Of a stretch of 64,000 bases of DNA, positions 10,255-20,330 are shown piece after piece (position 1 is the first letter of the stretch; each line of letters begins with the position of its first letter). The notes under the pieces were generated by a model. The model did no database searches, had not been told where the DNA came from, and saw only the letters and a list, made by a program, of their open reading frames with translations. This DNA comes from Candidatus Poribacteria bacterium (GTDB lineage: Bacteria > Poribacteria > WGA-4E > WGA-3G). The stretch spans positions 2,048,001-2,112,000 of the forward strand of contig OZ251518.1 of the NCBI GenBank assembly GCA_965242965.1. Direction: 5' to 3'. The translations under genes and the position numbers were made by a program.

Positions 10255-10692
10255 ATGATAGCAGAAAAAAGAAGTTACCAAATCATCCAAGGTGTCACCA
10301 GCCTCGGTTTAGGCGGGCTCAGCATCGTTTTATCGATGACGCTTCAGCGTTCTGGACATCGTCCGGAGCTGCTGTCCCTGTTCCTTGTCATCGGCGTGAC
10401 GATGATTTTCACGGGTGACTACCTGATTAATCTATTCAAAATGCCGGTAACGCCGGCGAAGCAGGAAATCGCGAGCGATGTCGGTTTCATCGCTTATGGC
10501 GCGTTTTATATCGGCATCGCCATGTCGCGGCTCCTACAGTTTAACCTATCGCATCTCAATCCATCGTTCTTCCTACAACCGCTCTGGATTCGGCGCGGCG
10601 TGGCCGGTATCGGGATTATCCTTATCGCCGGGGGCATTCAGGGACTGTGGTTATTGTGGAGACAAACGAAGCAAGAAGAGGCATCTGAGTAA
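10255..10692 (+). CDS. Hypothetical membrane protein (about 4 TM)
   Basis: ORF with four hydrophobic segments; no recognised family. Confidence 0.6.
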   Translation: MIAEKRSYQIIQGVTSLGLGGLSIVLSMTLQRSGHRPELLSLFLVIGVTMIFTGDYLINLFKMPVTPAKQEIASDVGFIAYGAFYIGIAMSRLLQFNLSHLNPSFFLQPLWIRRGVAGIGIILIAGGIQGLWLLWRQTKQEEASE

Positions 10693-10695
10693 ACA

Positions 10696-10723
10696 AAAGG
10701 ACGGATCTAGCAATCCGTCCTTT
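10696..10723. terminator. Hairpin between convergent genes, probable terminator
   Basis: AAAGGACGGAT-CTAGCA-ATCCGTCCTTT perfect 11-bp stem. Confidence 0.55.
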
Positions 10724-10740
10724 ATGCCGACAGAGTGTCA

Positions 10741-11046
10741 TCATCGTGCAATAATTACGGCGTAACGGAGCGGCGTTTCGCCCACATTCCGAATCCCGTG
10801 CAAGACGCGGCAATCGACGTGAATAGCCTGATTATCGGTGAGCCGGTGCGTCTGTTCGCCGAAAAGCACTTCGCCTTCTCCAGAGAAGACGTAGAAAATC
10901 TCCTGTCCGTCGTGCTGATGCGGCGGATGCGCCCGCGTGCCAGGGTCCACCTCAGAGATGTGGAGATGCAGTTGTTCCGGGTCTGCCCCCTTTTGAAAGA
11001 TAAACCGATCAATGCCTTTGACATCGGTTCTGACTGTTTCAGTCAT
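10741..11046 (-). CDS. Cupin domain protein
   Basis: HPPHQHDGQEIFYVFSGEG...HGIRN cupin motifs; GGAGG RBS before ATG 11046. Confidence 0.88.
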   Translation of the reverse strand: MTETVRTDVKGIDRFIFQKGADPEQLHLHISEVDPGTRAHPPHQHDGQEIFYVFSGEGEVLFGEQTHRLTDNQAIHVDCRVLHGIRNVGETPLRYAVIIAR

Positions 11047-11109
11047 AAGAAATCCCTCCCTAGTTTTTTTGCTTAATTTAGCAGGTATTTGGGAATTTGT
11101 CAATTCGTT

Positions 11110-11645
11110 TCTCGATGCCTTCCCGGTAGGAGAGCCCTCGGGTCTCGATGTTCCCGTAGCGCGGGGGACAGGCCCCCGCGAGGCTCAAGAACCGTTTTTT
11201 TCACCGCAGCGCGGGGGCCTGTCCCCCGCGAGGGCTCAAGAACCGTTTTTTTTAGCGTAGCGCGGGGGCCTGTCCCCCGCGAGCTCTCTCGTGCACCAGG
11301 GCACGGCGAGGGACAGGCCCTCGCCCTACGGTGACAGGACGGCGTTTTTTTCACCGCAGCGCGGGGGCCTGTCCCCCGCGAGGGCTCAAGAACCGTTTTT
11401 TTTAGCGTAGCGCGGGGGCCTGTCCCCCGCGATCTCCATCGTCACGATGTGTATTTCTCCCACTGTAGTTTGTGATCGCCTGATCACAAACAGGTCAGGA
11501 TCAGGCGATCCTGACCTACAGAGGTGGGCCCAATGCGCTCCGGTAGGAGGGACATCCCTGTCCCGATATGAAACACATCGAGACCAGGAGGTCTCTCCTA
11601 CGGGGAAAACGCTTGCAGCGAGACCGGGAAGGCTCTCCTACGGGG
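11110..11645. repeat. GTAG-hairpin mosaic, left copy of an about 480-bp direct repeat
   Basis: Module order and linker sequences co-linear with 17815-18280. Confidence 0.85.
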
Positions 11646-14138
11646 CTACACCTCCTCAACCACAATCCCCAACGCGCGCAGACTCTCCAACAACTCTTCG
11701 TAAGCCTCCTGCGAGATTTGACCGGATGAGGCCCGCAACTCTAACTGCACACTCGTTCCTAACGCGTTGAGAGACTGCGCGACATTGCTCATCTTTCCCT
11801 GAGGCAACGTAAAACGGATGCCGATAGGTGGACTTGGAACTGGCGTTGGAGTCGGCTTTGGCACTGGCGCGGGTTCCGGCACAGGCCTTACATCTGGTTC
11901 AACGAGCTGCCCTGTGCAAAGCGAAGGTTGAATAATTACCTCGTTATCGCCAAGCGTGACTTCTGCAGCTTCTTGCATGAAAGCGCGCGTGAGGAACTCA
12001 CCTCCCACTCTCTCACCGATGCCAAATTGCCCCTGCGCCACGCCTTGGCGGATACCCGTTATCCACGCCTCGCGAAGCACGCGCTGCTCACCCGGTGTGC
12101 GGAGACTGGAGGAATGGAGCTGCGCCGTTGATACCGTATCGTTATCCTTCAGATAACGGTGGGCGATGTTCTTCGGCCCGATGCTGGTCAAGATTTCCCC
12201 CTTCATACAGAGCATCTCGTAAACTTTCTCATCCAGCCGTGTGTTCATCCCAATCGCGGGGAGCCCGAGGTCTTCCTCACGAAAGCCGTCTCGTGTCGGA
12301 ATTAAGAGGGTGCGATAATCTTGGCACACCGCATCGGTGAGCGCGCTCGCAGCTTGCCGCAATTGCGTCTTTACCTCCTTTTGTTGCTCATCGGATAAAT
12401 TCAGGGAGTTATCGTCCCTAATTGCCTCATAAGCGAGGACGCGCTTCACTTCAGTCTGCAGCTTCCCCGCGCTTCCGGCAAAAGGCACGAGGAAAAAGAG
12501 CGTGTTGCGATAGGTGCGCGGGGTTTCGCCGCGCATCTCCAGCAGGTTTCTGCAGAACGCATCGTCCCGTTGCGACAGCACAATGAGTTTCAGGTCTGGG
12601 GTATCCGCGATGTCCATTCCATTTCGCGGAGAAATGAACGTCTTCATCTTGGCACCGGGTTTAGTGGAGAAACTCCGTTTAATCTGTGCCTCGGCACGCG
12701 ATGCGACTTCGGCATCGTCCAGATTTTCCATCCGAATCTGCAAAATCCGCGTTAAGTTGGGTTGCGTGTCAAAATAAGCCTTCCCATTTTCGGTGCGCAG
12801 ATAAGAGAGATGCGCTCCCAACTGCGCCATCGCCGAATCGATGACAGAGGCAGTATCGGGAAGACGCGCCGCACTCCGCTTCACCTGTTCCAAACTCGCG
12901 CCGCGCTTCTGTCCACCCGTGAAAGAGTAGAGAAAGACTGCTGTCGCCGCCCGCGTGCCCAGTCGCAAATGCCTTAACGTATCACCCAGTGCTTCATCCG
13001 CCACCTTCGCGCCTGCATCCGCCGCGGTAATGTCGTTTGAGATGATGCTGCTAAACACGTTGCCAGCGTGCCTTAAGAGCTCCCCGCGGATGTCGGCATC
13101 GCGCAAGTCAAAATCGGCGAGGGAGATGTAGGGCAGATGTTTGCCGCGGCACCGATGCACGACTCGCGAGAGGAGCCGCAGCACGCCGCGCGTCCGCTGA
13201 AAATTCGGGAAACTCCCCCACCGATGATACAACACATCGATGACCTCGGGTTGAAACGGATAACTTGCGATAAACCGTTCGCGATATTCGGATTTTTGCT
13301 GGCCGGGCGGCAGTATGGATTCGCTGTCGGCATAATTCGCGAAGTCGCGGGCAATCCGCTTCGCGACACCGAGGTCAACTTCGGAGAACAATCGGCTACG
13401 AATGATGTTGGCAATTTCGGAGTCGTCCACCGGCGTTCCAACGCGCGCCATTCTATCCAGCAGCTTTTTAAACTCATTCGACAAGGCTGTCGCGCCGTAA
13501 TCCTCGTTCGCACCCGATTGCCGCGTCGCTATCAAGGCGACGTTGTTGCAGGAACGCACCGCCTCCATCAAGTTATGAACAAACCGCAGTGCCTGTTTTG
13601 CCAACGTGCTTCTGCCAATGTCAACCGCCTCGGCTGCCGCGAGATAATTCAGCACCTCGTCCATTAAAATCACGACAGGTTTTCCAACGCCGGTGAGGCG
13701 TTCGGCAATCTTCTCACTCCCCGGTGCCCGATGCCCGTGAAAGTGTTGCATCTCGCCGATTAACTGCGTTTCCAATGCGCCCCAGAGCGTCTGCTCGGCT
13801 TCCATGCCGGTGCCGACGAGGACTACCGGCTTCGCTTTCCACTCGTTCGCTTTGTGGAACAGCGTGATGAGCGTGTGGGTTTTCCCACCACCGAACGGGG
13901 TTTGCAACTGAATGACAGCATCGCCGCCGCGGCCTTTCACTCGGCGTTCTACCCCATGGAGCAGCTGCTTCAACCCCCCGGTCATGTAAGTTTTCTGGAA
14001 AAACCGCTTGGCGTGTCGGTATTCAACGGGTCCTTCGTCTTTTGCCACGTCGCCGAGGTTTGCGGCGTAGGTATCCAAAGTGAAATTGCCGCGTAAAATA
14101 TCGTTGTGCGGCATGGCGATTGTCTCAAATCCTGCCAT
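11646..14138 (-). CDS. DUF499 family ATP-binding protein
   Basis: FFQKTYMT, LQTPFGGGKTH Walker A, VILMDE Walker B, SYPFQPE, FQRTRGVLRLL; AAGGAG RBS before ATG 14138. Confidence 0.9.
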   Translation of the reverse strand: MAGFETIAMPHNDILRGNFTLDTYAANLGDVAKDEGPVEYRHAKRFFQKTYMTGGLKQLLHGVERRVKGRGGDAVIQLQTPFGGGKTHTLITLFHKANEWKAKPVVLVGTGMEAEQTLWGALETQLIGEMQHFHGHRAPGSEKIAERLTGVGKPVVILMDEVLNYLAAAEAVDIGRSTLAKQALRFVHNLMEAVRSCNNVALIATRQSGANEDYGATALSNEFKKLLDRMARVGTPVDDSEIANIIRSRLFSEVDLGVAKRIARDFANYADSESILPPGQQKSEYRERFIASYPFQPEVIDVLYHRWGSFPNFQRTRGVLRLLSRVVHRCRGKHLPYISLADFDLRDADIRGELLRHAGNVFSSIISNDITAADAGAKVADEALGDTLRHLRLGTRAATAVFLYSFTGGQKRGASLEQVKRSAARLPDTASVIDSAMAQLGAHLSYLRTENGKAYFDTQPNLTRILQIRMENLDDAEVASRAEAQIKRSFSTKPGAKMKTFISPRNGMDIADTPDLKLIVLSQRDDAFCRNLLEMRGETPRTYRNTLFFLVPFAGSAGKLQTEVKRVLAYEAIRDDNSLNLSDEQQKEVKTQLRQAASALTDAVCQDYRTLLIPTRDGFREEDLGLPAIGMNTRLDEKVYEMLCMKGEILTSIGPKNIAHRYLKDNDTVSTAQLHSSSLRTPGEQRVLREAWITGIRQGVAQGQFGIGERVGGEFLTRAFMQEAAEVTLGDNEVIIQPSLCTGQLVEPDVRPVPEPAPVPKPTPTPVPSPPIGIRFTLPQGKMSNVAQSLNALGTSVQLELRASSGQISQEAYEELLESLRALGIVVEEV

Positions 14139-14184
14139 GGGCGTGTTCTCCTTATAGATTTTCATATGCTAGCGTTCCTGCAAT

Positions 14185-15080
14185 ACCGTAGGAGAGACCT
14201 CCCGGTCTCGATTTCCCGGTAGGAGAGACCTCCTGGTCTCGATTTTTCCCGTAGCGCGGGGGCCTGTCCCCCGCGAGCGTTAGATTGCGCCGACGATGGC
14301 GAGGGACAGGCCCTCGCCCTACGATGACAGGGACCGTTTTTTACCGTAGCGCGGGGGCCTGTCCCCCGCGAGCACCGATGAAGGGGGTGACGTTTTTTTT
14401 CGTAGCGCGGGGGCCTGTCCTCCGCGAGCGTTAGATTGCGCCGACGATGGCGAGGGACAGGCCCTCGCCCTACGATGAGGGACAGGCGTTTTTTTCACCG
14501 TAGCGCGGGGGCCTGTCCCCCGCGATCTCGGATGAAGGGAGTGGCGTTTTTTTCCCGTAGCGCGGGGGCCTGTCCCCCGCGAGCGCACCCGCGAAAAACA
14601 TCTCTTCAGGTCCTTTAGGTCCTGCATGTCTATAGTATCCCGCCGACAGAGAAGAGCCCTAAGGTCCTTTAGGTCCTTAATAGGCACCGGACACATCGCA
14701 GCAGAAAAGATTAAGGTCCTACGGACCTTGAGGACTTGGCGGGCTCCGCGTGCTATAGACATTAAGGTCCTACGGACCTAAGAGGCGTTTTTTATCGTAG
14801 CGCGCGTTGGATTGCGCCGACGATGGCGAGGGACAGGCCCTCGCCCTACGGTAACGAGGAAACAGCCTTGCAAACCGTAGCGCGGGGGCCTGTCCCCCGC
14901 GATCACACGCGTACCCGAAAGCACGGCGAGGGACAGGCCCTCGCCCTACGGTGACGAGGGGCTTTCTGCCGCCCTATTGCATCGAGACCGGGAGGTCTCT
15001 CCTACCGGCAATTCCCCGTTTTTTCAACGGCGCGCGGGAGCCTGGCACCGCGACGTTGAACCATTTATGAAACCCCCTCG
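14185..15080. repeat. Repeat mosaic separating the DUF1156 and DUF499 genes
   Basis: GAGACC-type, CCTGT-loop and AGGTCC modules; ends in TATGAAACCCCCTC overlapping the DUF1156 stop codon. Confidence 0.9.
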
Positions 15081-17734
15081 TTAATCCCCTCCACGATTTC
15101 CGCGACCTCCCGCTGAATAGCACCCCGGCCCGCGCACCAACCCTCCAGCCACAAACGCTCCCGGCTATCCGTCGGTAAAGCATCACTAATTTCTTTCGCA
15201 ACGTTCCAGATGAGTTCATTCAAACCGATTCGCCCGCGCGCGAGCCGCTGAATCATCGCATCACGTTCACCAGAACTCCACAGAAGCAAAGCGTGATGCA
15301 ACACATCAATCAACTCCTCGCTATTGGATAAAGTGGAGACATCCCTGTCTTGCGGGCCGAGGACGCGGATAAACGTTTTCTCCCTGCGGATGAAACTCCC
15401 GGCACCCCACTCCACCGCGAGTTCAAGCCCAAGGGATTGCGCGAGTTTGTTCGCGTCATTGAAGGGGACAGGCTTCTCGCCGTTTTCGCGCCGCCACCGG
15501 AGGTAGAACCGCGTCAGGTGACTCCCGGCTGCACCCGCCTGTTCGCCATCAAAACGTTCCAATATCGCCCGGATATCCTCAATCATCTGCCCGGCACGAA
15601 TAGGCTCGTCATCGTGATCAAGCACCTCTCGGTATTTGCCAAACACCTCAATGCCGCCGCCGATAGCCGCTATGAACAAGTCTGCCCCGGAAAAACCCCA
15701 CTCCCACAAGGTGAACAACTTCTCTTTGAGGTGAACCTCTAGTTCTTGGAGAACTTCCCGATAAGTCCCCCACTCTTCGCGCTCCGTTTTCCGGGCAACC
15801 ATGTAGATGGAAGAGGCGAGGGCTGCAGAATTGTAACTCCGCCAACGCACCTTCTTCTCCGTATCAATCGGCCACGCGGCGGTAACTACAAGACCCGAGT
15901 CAAGCAAGGCGTTTATCATTGCCTCCCATCCCTCGGTTGACTTGTGGGCATAGACAATGACAGCAATCCCGTTCGGTTTCAGCACCCGATGCATCTCCGA
16001 GAACGCTTTCGTCAGTCCTGTTTCAAAAAAGCGTTTTCCTGCCTCCCATCCGCCTTTTCGGTGCCCATACGCGACGATTTCCTCATCTTTCGGCGTGAGA
16101 GATTTCTCAAACAGTTCTGGATAGAGGTATCCCACGCTTCGCTTGAGCCAGACGTAGAAGAGATCGGAGAGGTAAGCGTAGGGAACGTTATCGTAATAGG
16201 GCGGATCCGTTAACACCGCGTCGAAAGTGTTATCGGGATAGGGAAGAGCTGTCGCTGAGGCTTGTTGCACGGTAGCCGGGGGGACATCCATTTGCGACAG
16301 ATGCTCCATCGGTTTTGAAACGGTTTTCACGCGATTCGCTGCCACGTGAAACGGATTCGCTTCCCCGTAATCCCAAACCATGGGCATGGTTTGCATCCCA
16401 AAGAGTTTGACAACAGACTCATTGCTATTACCCCACGGGCAGAGACTTGAACCTTTGTCGGCTATCCGGTCCAGCCACAATCCCAAGTAGGTTGTGACAG
16501 CACGCGCATAGTCCGCGGCGCAGTCCTCTTGGGTAAGCATCGCCGAGTGTGCATCCCTGATCTTATCAGTAAAGGTAATCAACGCGAGTTGCTGGCGCGC
16601 ATTGAAGAGCTCACCATACGTATTGAAATTGTAATTGTGAATGGCAATAGCTCTTTCTGCGCCGGGACCTTTTATTTTTGGCGTTGGCTCATCTGGCACT
16701 GGGGCGAATCCCCATTTTTCCTTGAGCAACGCCTGTTTTTCAAGGAGACGGCTTTGTGCCTCTCTGAAAACTGCCTCATCCTCATCCGTGGCCAGGCGAT
16801 ACCGTTTGCCTGTCACGTTTGGACGGTGAGTGACGACAGCAACCATTTTTTCGCCTGCCATCCCTTCCTGAAACAGGCGGCGCGTGTCTTTCGCCGGGAT
16901 AGTGTTTTTACAGAGAGGACAGGTAACAACGGCTTTCGTGACCGATCCGGCGGCGGGTTTGAAGTCGTCCGGGGTGGGTTCATATCCGGGCCCTACGATG
17001 CGGAAGGCAAGCGCGCCATCTGCATCGTAGGGATAGAGCGCGATGTCTTTATTCCCTGCGAGCCAAAATTGGCCCATCAGGGGAATAGTAGCCGAGCATC
17101 CCAGATTCTGGCACGGTAACGTGCGCGCCCAGATGTAGGCGAAAACGTTAGCACCGTCGGCTTCCTTTAGATAGAACGGTGCCAATTCTGGTTCCGCTTG
17201 TTCGATGACCCGGGTTGCCCATTTTTGGAAATCGTCGTGGAGGCGTTGGCCGTATTTTTGCGGGTATTCAAGCGTGCATTTCTGAATAAGCACGGAGACA
17301 GGATTGAGATCGCAGGAGTGGGTTTCGCAACCGAGGCGGAGTGCTTCCAACGGAATCGCGCCGCGTCCACCGAACGGGTCGAGCACCTTGGGTGGTTTCC
17401 CATCGTGGGATTCCAAGATGTCGCGGCGGGCTTGCTCAATCCAGAGTGGTTTGAGCGCGTTTTCCCACTTGGCGAGTTCAGCGATGAAAACTTGCTTGTG
17501 CGTCGGTTCTAGCGGATTGTCAGAAACCCTACTTGTTTGTGAAGTGAAGGGGGGGGGGGTTATGAGTGCGGCATAAGCCGTGGCACGCGAGGGTCCGAGA
17601 GGTCGGCTTGCCCACCAGATGTGGAGTCCGGTTATCTGCTGCCTATTTTTGTCTTTGCGTCCCTGTTCGCTGACTTCTTCAACAGGGAAAGCGATTTCGA
17701 TGATGCGTTTGTCGTTGCTCACGCGAGTCTCCAT
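15065..17734 (-). CDS. DUF1156 domain adenine-specific DNA methyltransferase
   Basis: LHIWWASRPL, VLDPFGGRGAIPLEALRLG, CxxC pairs, TDPPYYDNVPYAYLSD; contains a C11 tract at 17549-17559. Confidence 0.9.
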   Translation of the reverse strand: METRVSNDKRIIEIAFPVEEVSEQGRKDKNRQQITGLHIWWASRPLGPSRATAYAALITPPPFTSQTSRVSDNPLEPTHKQVFIAELAKWENALKPLWIEQARRDILESHDGKPPKVLDPFGGRGAIPLEALRLGCETHSCDLNPVSVLIQKCTLEYPQKYGQRLHDDFQKWATRVIEQAEPELAPFYLKEADGANVFAYIWARTLPCQNLGCSATIPLMGQFWLAGNKDIALYPYDADGALAFRIVGPGYEPTPDDFKPAAGSVTKAVVTCPLCKNTIPAKDTRRLFQEGMAGEKMVAVVTHRPNVTGKRYRLATDEDEAVFREAQSRLLEKQALLKEKWGFAPVPDEPTPKIKGPGAERAIAIHNYNFNTYGELFNARQQLALITFTDKIRDAHSAMLTQEDCAADYARAVTTYLGLWLDRIADKGSSLCPWGNSNESVVKLFGMQTMPMVWDYGEANPFHVAANRVKTVSKPMEHLSQMDVPPATVQQASATALPYPDNTFDAVLTDPPYYDNVPYAYLSDLFYVWLKRSVGYLYPELFEKSLTPKDEEIVAYGHRKGGWEAGKRFFETGLTKAFSEMHRVLKPNGIAVIVYAHKSTEGWEAMINALLDSGLVVTAAWPIDTEKKVRWRSYNSAALASSIYMVARKTEREEWGTYREVLQELEVHLKEKLFTLWEWGFSGADLFIAAIGGGIEVFGKYREVLDHDDEPIRAGQMIEDIRAILERFDGEQAGAAGSHLTRFYLRWRRENGEKPVPFNDANKLAQSLGLELAVEWGAGSFIRREKTFIRVLGPQDRDVSTLSNSEELIDVLHHALLLWSSGERDAMIQRLARGRIGLNELIWNVAKEISDALPTDSRERLWLEGWCAGRGAIQREVAEIVEGINEGVS

Positions 17735-17814
17735 TGGAAAATTTGTTAATTACGATACCACAAAATCGGTTAAATTGTCAAATGTATCAGGTCTGATGCA
17801 AATGTCATCATTCC

Positions 17815-18280
17815 TCCCCGTAGGAGAGACCTCCTGGTCTCGATGCCTTCCCTGTAGGAGAGACCTCCTGGTCTCGATTTGCCCGTAGCGCGGGGGTCTG
17901 TCCCCCGCGATGGCTCAAGAACCGTTTTTTTTATCGTAGGGCGGGGGTCTGTCCCCCGCGATCTCTCTCGTGCACCAGGGCACGGCGAGGGACAGGCCCT
18001 CGCCCTACGGTGAGGGGGCATTTTTTTACCGTAGCGCGGGGGTCTGTCCCCCGCGATGGCTCAAGAACCGTTTTTTTTCGTAGCGCGGGGGCCTGTCCCC
18101 CGCGATCGCCATTGTCATGATGTGTGTTTCCTCCTCTGTAGTTCGGGAGCACCCGCTCCCGAACGGATCAGGATCTGGCGATCCTGACCTACAGAGGTGG
18201 GCCCAATGCCTTCCGGTAGGAGGGACATCCCTGTCCCGATATGAAACACATCGAGACCAGGAGGTCTCTCCTACCGGGGA
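17815..18280. repeat. GTAG-hairpin mosaic, right copy of the about 480-bp direct repeat
   Basis: Co-linear with 11110-11605, including GGCTCAAGAACCG and CTCTCTCGTGCACCAGGGCACGGCGAGGG linkers. Confidence 0.85.
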
Positions 18281-18436
18281 AATGGAAGCGTTATCATTTT
18301 TACAACAACGAGATATGAAACAACCTCTTTTAATTATACAACATTTTTGGAATTTTTGTCAAGGGTCTATTTTTCAATAGCGAATCGAGAGAAGAAAACA
18401 GACAACTACGGAAATCTGTCCCGACAAAATTGCAGG

Positions 18437-18465
18437 TTGACTAAAAACCCATAATTTGCTATAAA
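18437..18465 (+). promoter_or_regulatory. sigma70-like promoter for the aquaporin gene
   Basis: TTGACT-17 nt-TATAAA with extended TG. Confidence 0.55.
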
Positions 18466-18541
18466 TAGGATACCATATCACCTTTCAAGCACCTCACGGT
18501 GCTTTATCGGCATAGATACTTTTCGACCTAAGGGGGTTTTC

Positions 18542-19189
18542 ATGAATACAAAGAATCTCGTCGCTGAATTTATCGGCACGTTCGCGCTCATCTTTATCGG
18601 CGCGGGCGCGCTGGCGATAGCTCAAGCAAATTTAGTGGGCATCGCACTCGCCCACGGACTCGTCATCGTCACGTTCGCTTATGCGTACGGGCATATTTCT
18701 GGCACGCACATTAACCCGGCCGTGACGCTAGGACTCCTCATCGCGGGAGAAATCCGAATCGCCGCCGCCGTCGGGTATTGGGTTGTGCAGTTTCTTGGCG
18801 GAATTTTGGGAGCAGTAGTGCTTAATGCGGTGCTACCAGAAGCCGGTGACCTTGGGGTAACTATTTTAACGGAAGGTGTGACATCAACGCAAGGGCTCAT
18901 CGTGGAGATTGTGCTCACTTTCTTCCTCGTCAACACGATTTTCAATACGGCGGTGAGCGGCAAGGCGGGGAATTTCGCAGGGCTCGCGATTGGGCTGACG
19001 CTGGTGCTGTGCATCCTCATGGGCGGACCGCTGACACGCGCGTCTCTTAATCCTGCACGGACGTTGGGGCCTGCCATCGTCAGCGGGAATTATGCGGATA
19101 TTTGGCTCTATTTTGTCGGGCCGGCGATTGGGGCTGTGCTGGCCGCGCTGCTCTATATCGGTGTCTTGAAGGACAAAGATTCGGCCTGA
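18542..19189 (+). CDS. MIP/aquaporin family channel
   Basis: AEFIGTF, SGTHINPAVT and SLNPART (two NPA boxes). Confidence 0.95.
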   Translation: MNTKNLVAEFIGTFALIFIGAGALAIAQANLVGIALAHGLVIVTFAYAYGHISGTHINPAVTLGLLIAGEIRIAAAVGYWVVQFLGGILGAVVLNAVLPEAGDLGVTILTEGVTSTQGLIVEIVLTFFLVNTIFNTAVSGKAGNFAGLAIGLTLVLCILMGGPLTRASLNPARTLGPAIVSGNYADIWLYFVGPAIGAVLAALLYIGVLKDKDSA

Positions 19190-19204
19190 TTGCCGGTCTC
19201 TTCC

Positions 19205-19690
19205 GGTAGGAGGGACATCCCTGTCCCGATTGCAGGTAGGAGGGACATCCCTGTCCCGATACGCAACCGGTAGGAGGGACATCCCTGTCCCGATTGCGGT
19301 AGGAGGGACATCCTTGTCCCGATTGCAGGTAGGAGGGACATCCTTGTCCCGATACGAAAAATCGAGACCAGGAGGGCTCTCCTACTGGCACCCCTCTGTA
19401 GTTCGGGAGCGCCTGCTCCCGAACGGTTCAGGAGCAGGCGCTCCTGAACTACAGGCGTGAGGAGCATCCCACATCGAGACCAGGAGGTCTCTCCTACGGG
19501 GGAGGCATCGAGACCGGGAGGGCTCTCCTACTGGCACCCCTCCGTAGTTCGGGAGCGCCCGCTCCCGAACGGTTCAGGAGCAGGCGCTCCTGAACTACAG
19601 GCGTGAGGAGCATCCCACATCGAGACCAGGAGGTCTCTCCTACCGGGCTGATGCCTTCGCGGTAGGAGGAACATCCCTGTCCCGATACTG
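19205..19690. repeat. Tandem GGTAGGAGGGACATCCCTGTCCCGAT x5 followed by a duplicated about 140-bp hairpin block
   Basis: Five copies at 19205-19353 with 3-8 nt linkers; block near 19361-19497 repeated near 19508-19643. Confidence 0.9.
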
Positions 19691-19695
19691 CACGA

Positions 19696-19731
19696 GAAAA
19701 AGGCGAGAGCACAGCGGCCCTCGCCTTTTTC
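19696..19731. terminator. Probable bidirectional rho-independent terminator
   Basis: GAAAAAGGCGAG...CTCGCCTTTTTC between convergent aquaporin and hsp20. Confidence 0.7.
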
Positions 19732-19743
19732 TGTTCGCGAGGT

Positions 19744-20196
19744 TTAGGCGTTCACCTCGATCGGGATTTCCTTGGGCTTCGCTTCTTCCGCCTTCGGGAC
19801 GATGAGCGTCAAGACACCATCGCGGTAGGCCGCGGTGATGGCATCGGCATCAACGTTCGGCGGGAGCGTGAACGCCCGCTGGAAGCTGCCGTAGTGGCGT
19901 TCCACCCGGCGGTAGTCCTTCCCTTCGTCTGTCTCTTCCTGCCGTTTCTCGCCCCGGAGGGTGAGGACGTTGTCCCGGACAGAGACGTTGACATCTTCCT
20001 GTTTGACTCCGGGGAGCTCGGCGCGGACTTCAAAGCCGTTGTCTGTCTCGGCGATGTCCACGGAGGGGTTCCACCGGTTTTCCGTTTCATCGGTAGGCTC
20101 GTTCGGCGAAGCGAACAAGTCGTTGAACATCTGTCCCATCTCGTTGTGAAACTGGAACAGGTTTCTTGCCGGTCTGCGCAAGGTTACGTAAGTCAT
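19744..20196 (-). CDS. Hsp20/alpha-crystallin small heat-shock protein
   Basis: WNPSVDIAE, AELPGV, ERHYGSFQRAFTLP, YRDGVLTL; AAGGAG RBS before ATG 20196. Confidence 0.95.
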   Translation of the reverse strand: MTYVTLRRPARNLFQFHNEMGQMFNDLFASPNEPTDETENRWNPSVDIAETDNGFEVRAELPGVKQEDVNVSVRDNVLTLRGEKRQEETDEGKDYRRVERHYGSFQRAFTLPPNVDADAITAAYRDGVLTLIVPKAEEAKPKEIPIEVNA

Positions 20197-20271
20197 TTTC
20201 TTTCTCCTTTGTGTTTGATGTCGGCATTCTCGTTGCAAATGCCAACTTTTCGTTGTTTCTATCACGTTACT

Positions 20272-20330
20272 AGCAACTTCCGTGCCAAAAATTTGGCACG
20301 CTGCAAGAGTGTTTGCAAGTAGCGTGCCAA
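20272..20330 (-). promoter_or_regulatory. Two tandem sigma54 (-24/-12) promoter motifs upstream of hsp20
   Basis: TTGGCACGGAAGTTGCT (20272-20288) and TTGGCACGCTACTTGCA (20314-20330), both matching YTGGCACG-N4-TTGCW. Confidence 0.75.

Noticed and set aside
19205-19353. Five 26-bp direct repeats resembling a CRISPR array
   Set aside because: Linkers are only 3-8 nt and partly identical, no cas genes or leader are present, and the unit is dispersed elsewhere (near 11543 and 18215) as repeat family C.
20221-20245. CIRCE-like inverted repeat before hsp20
   Set aside because: The arms only loosely match TTAGCACTC and the spacing is 2 nt short of the N9 consensus.
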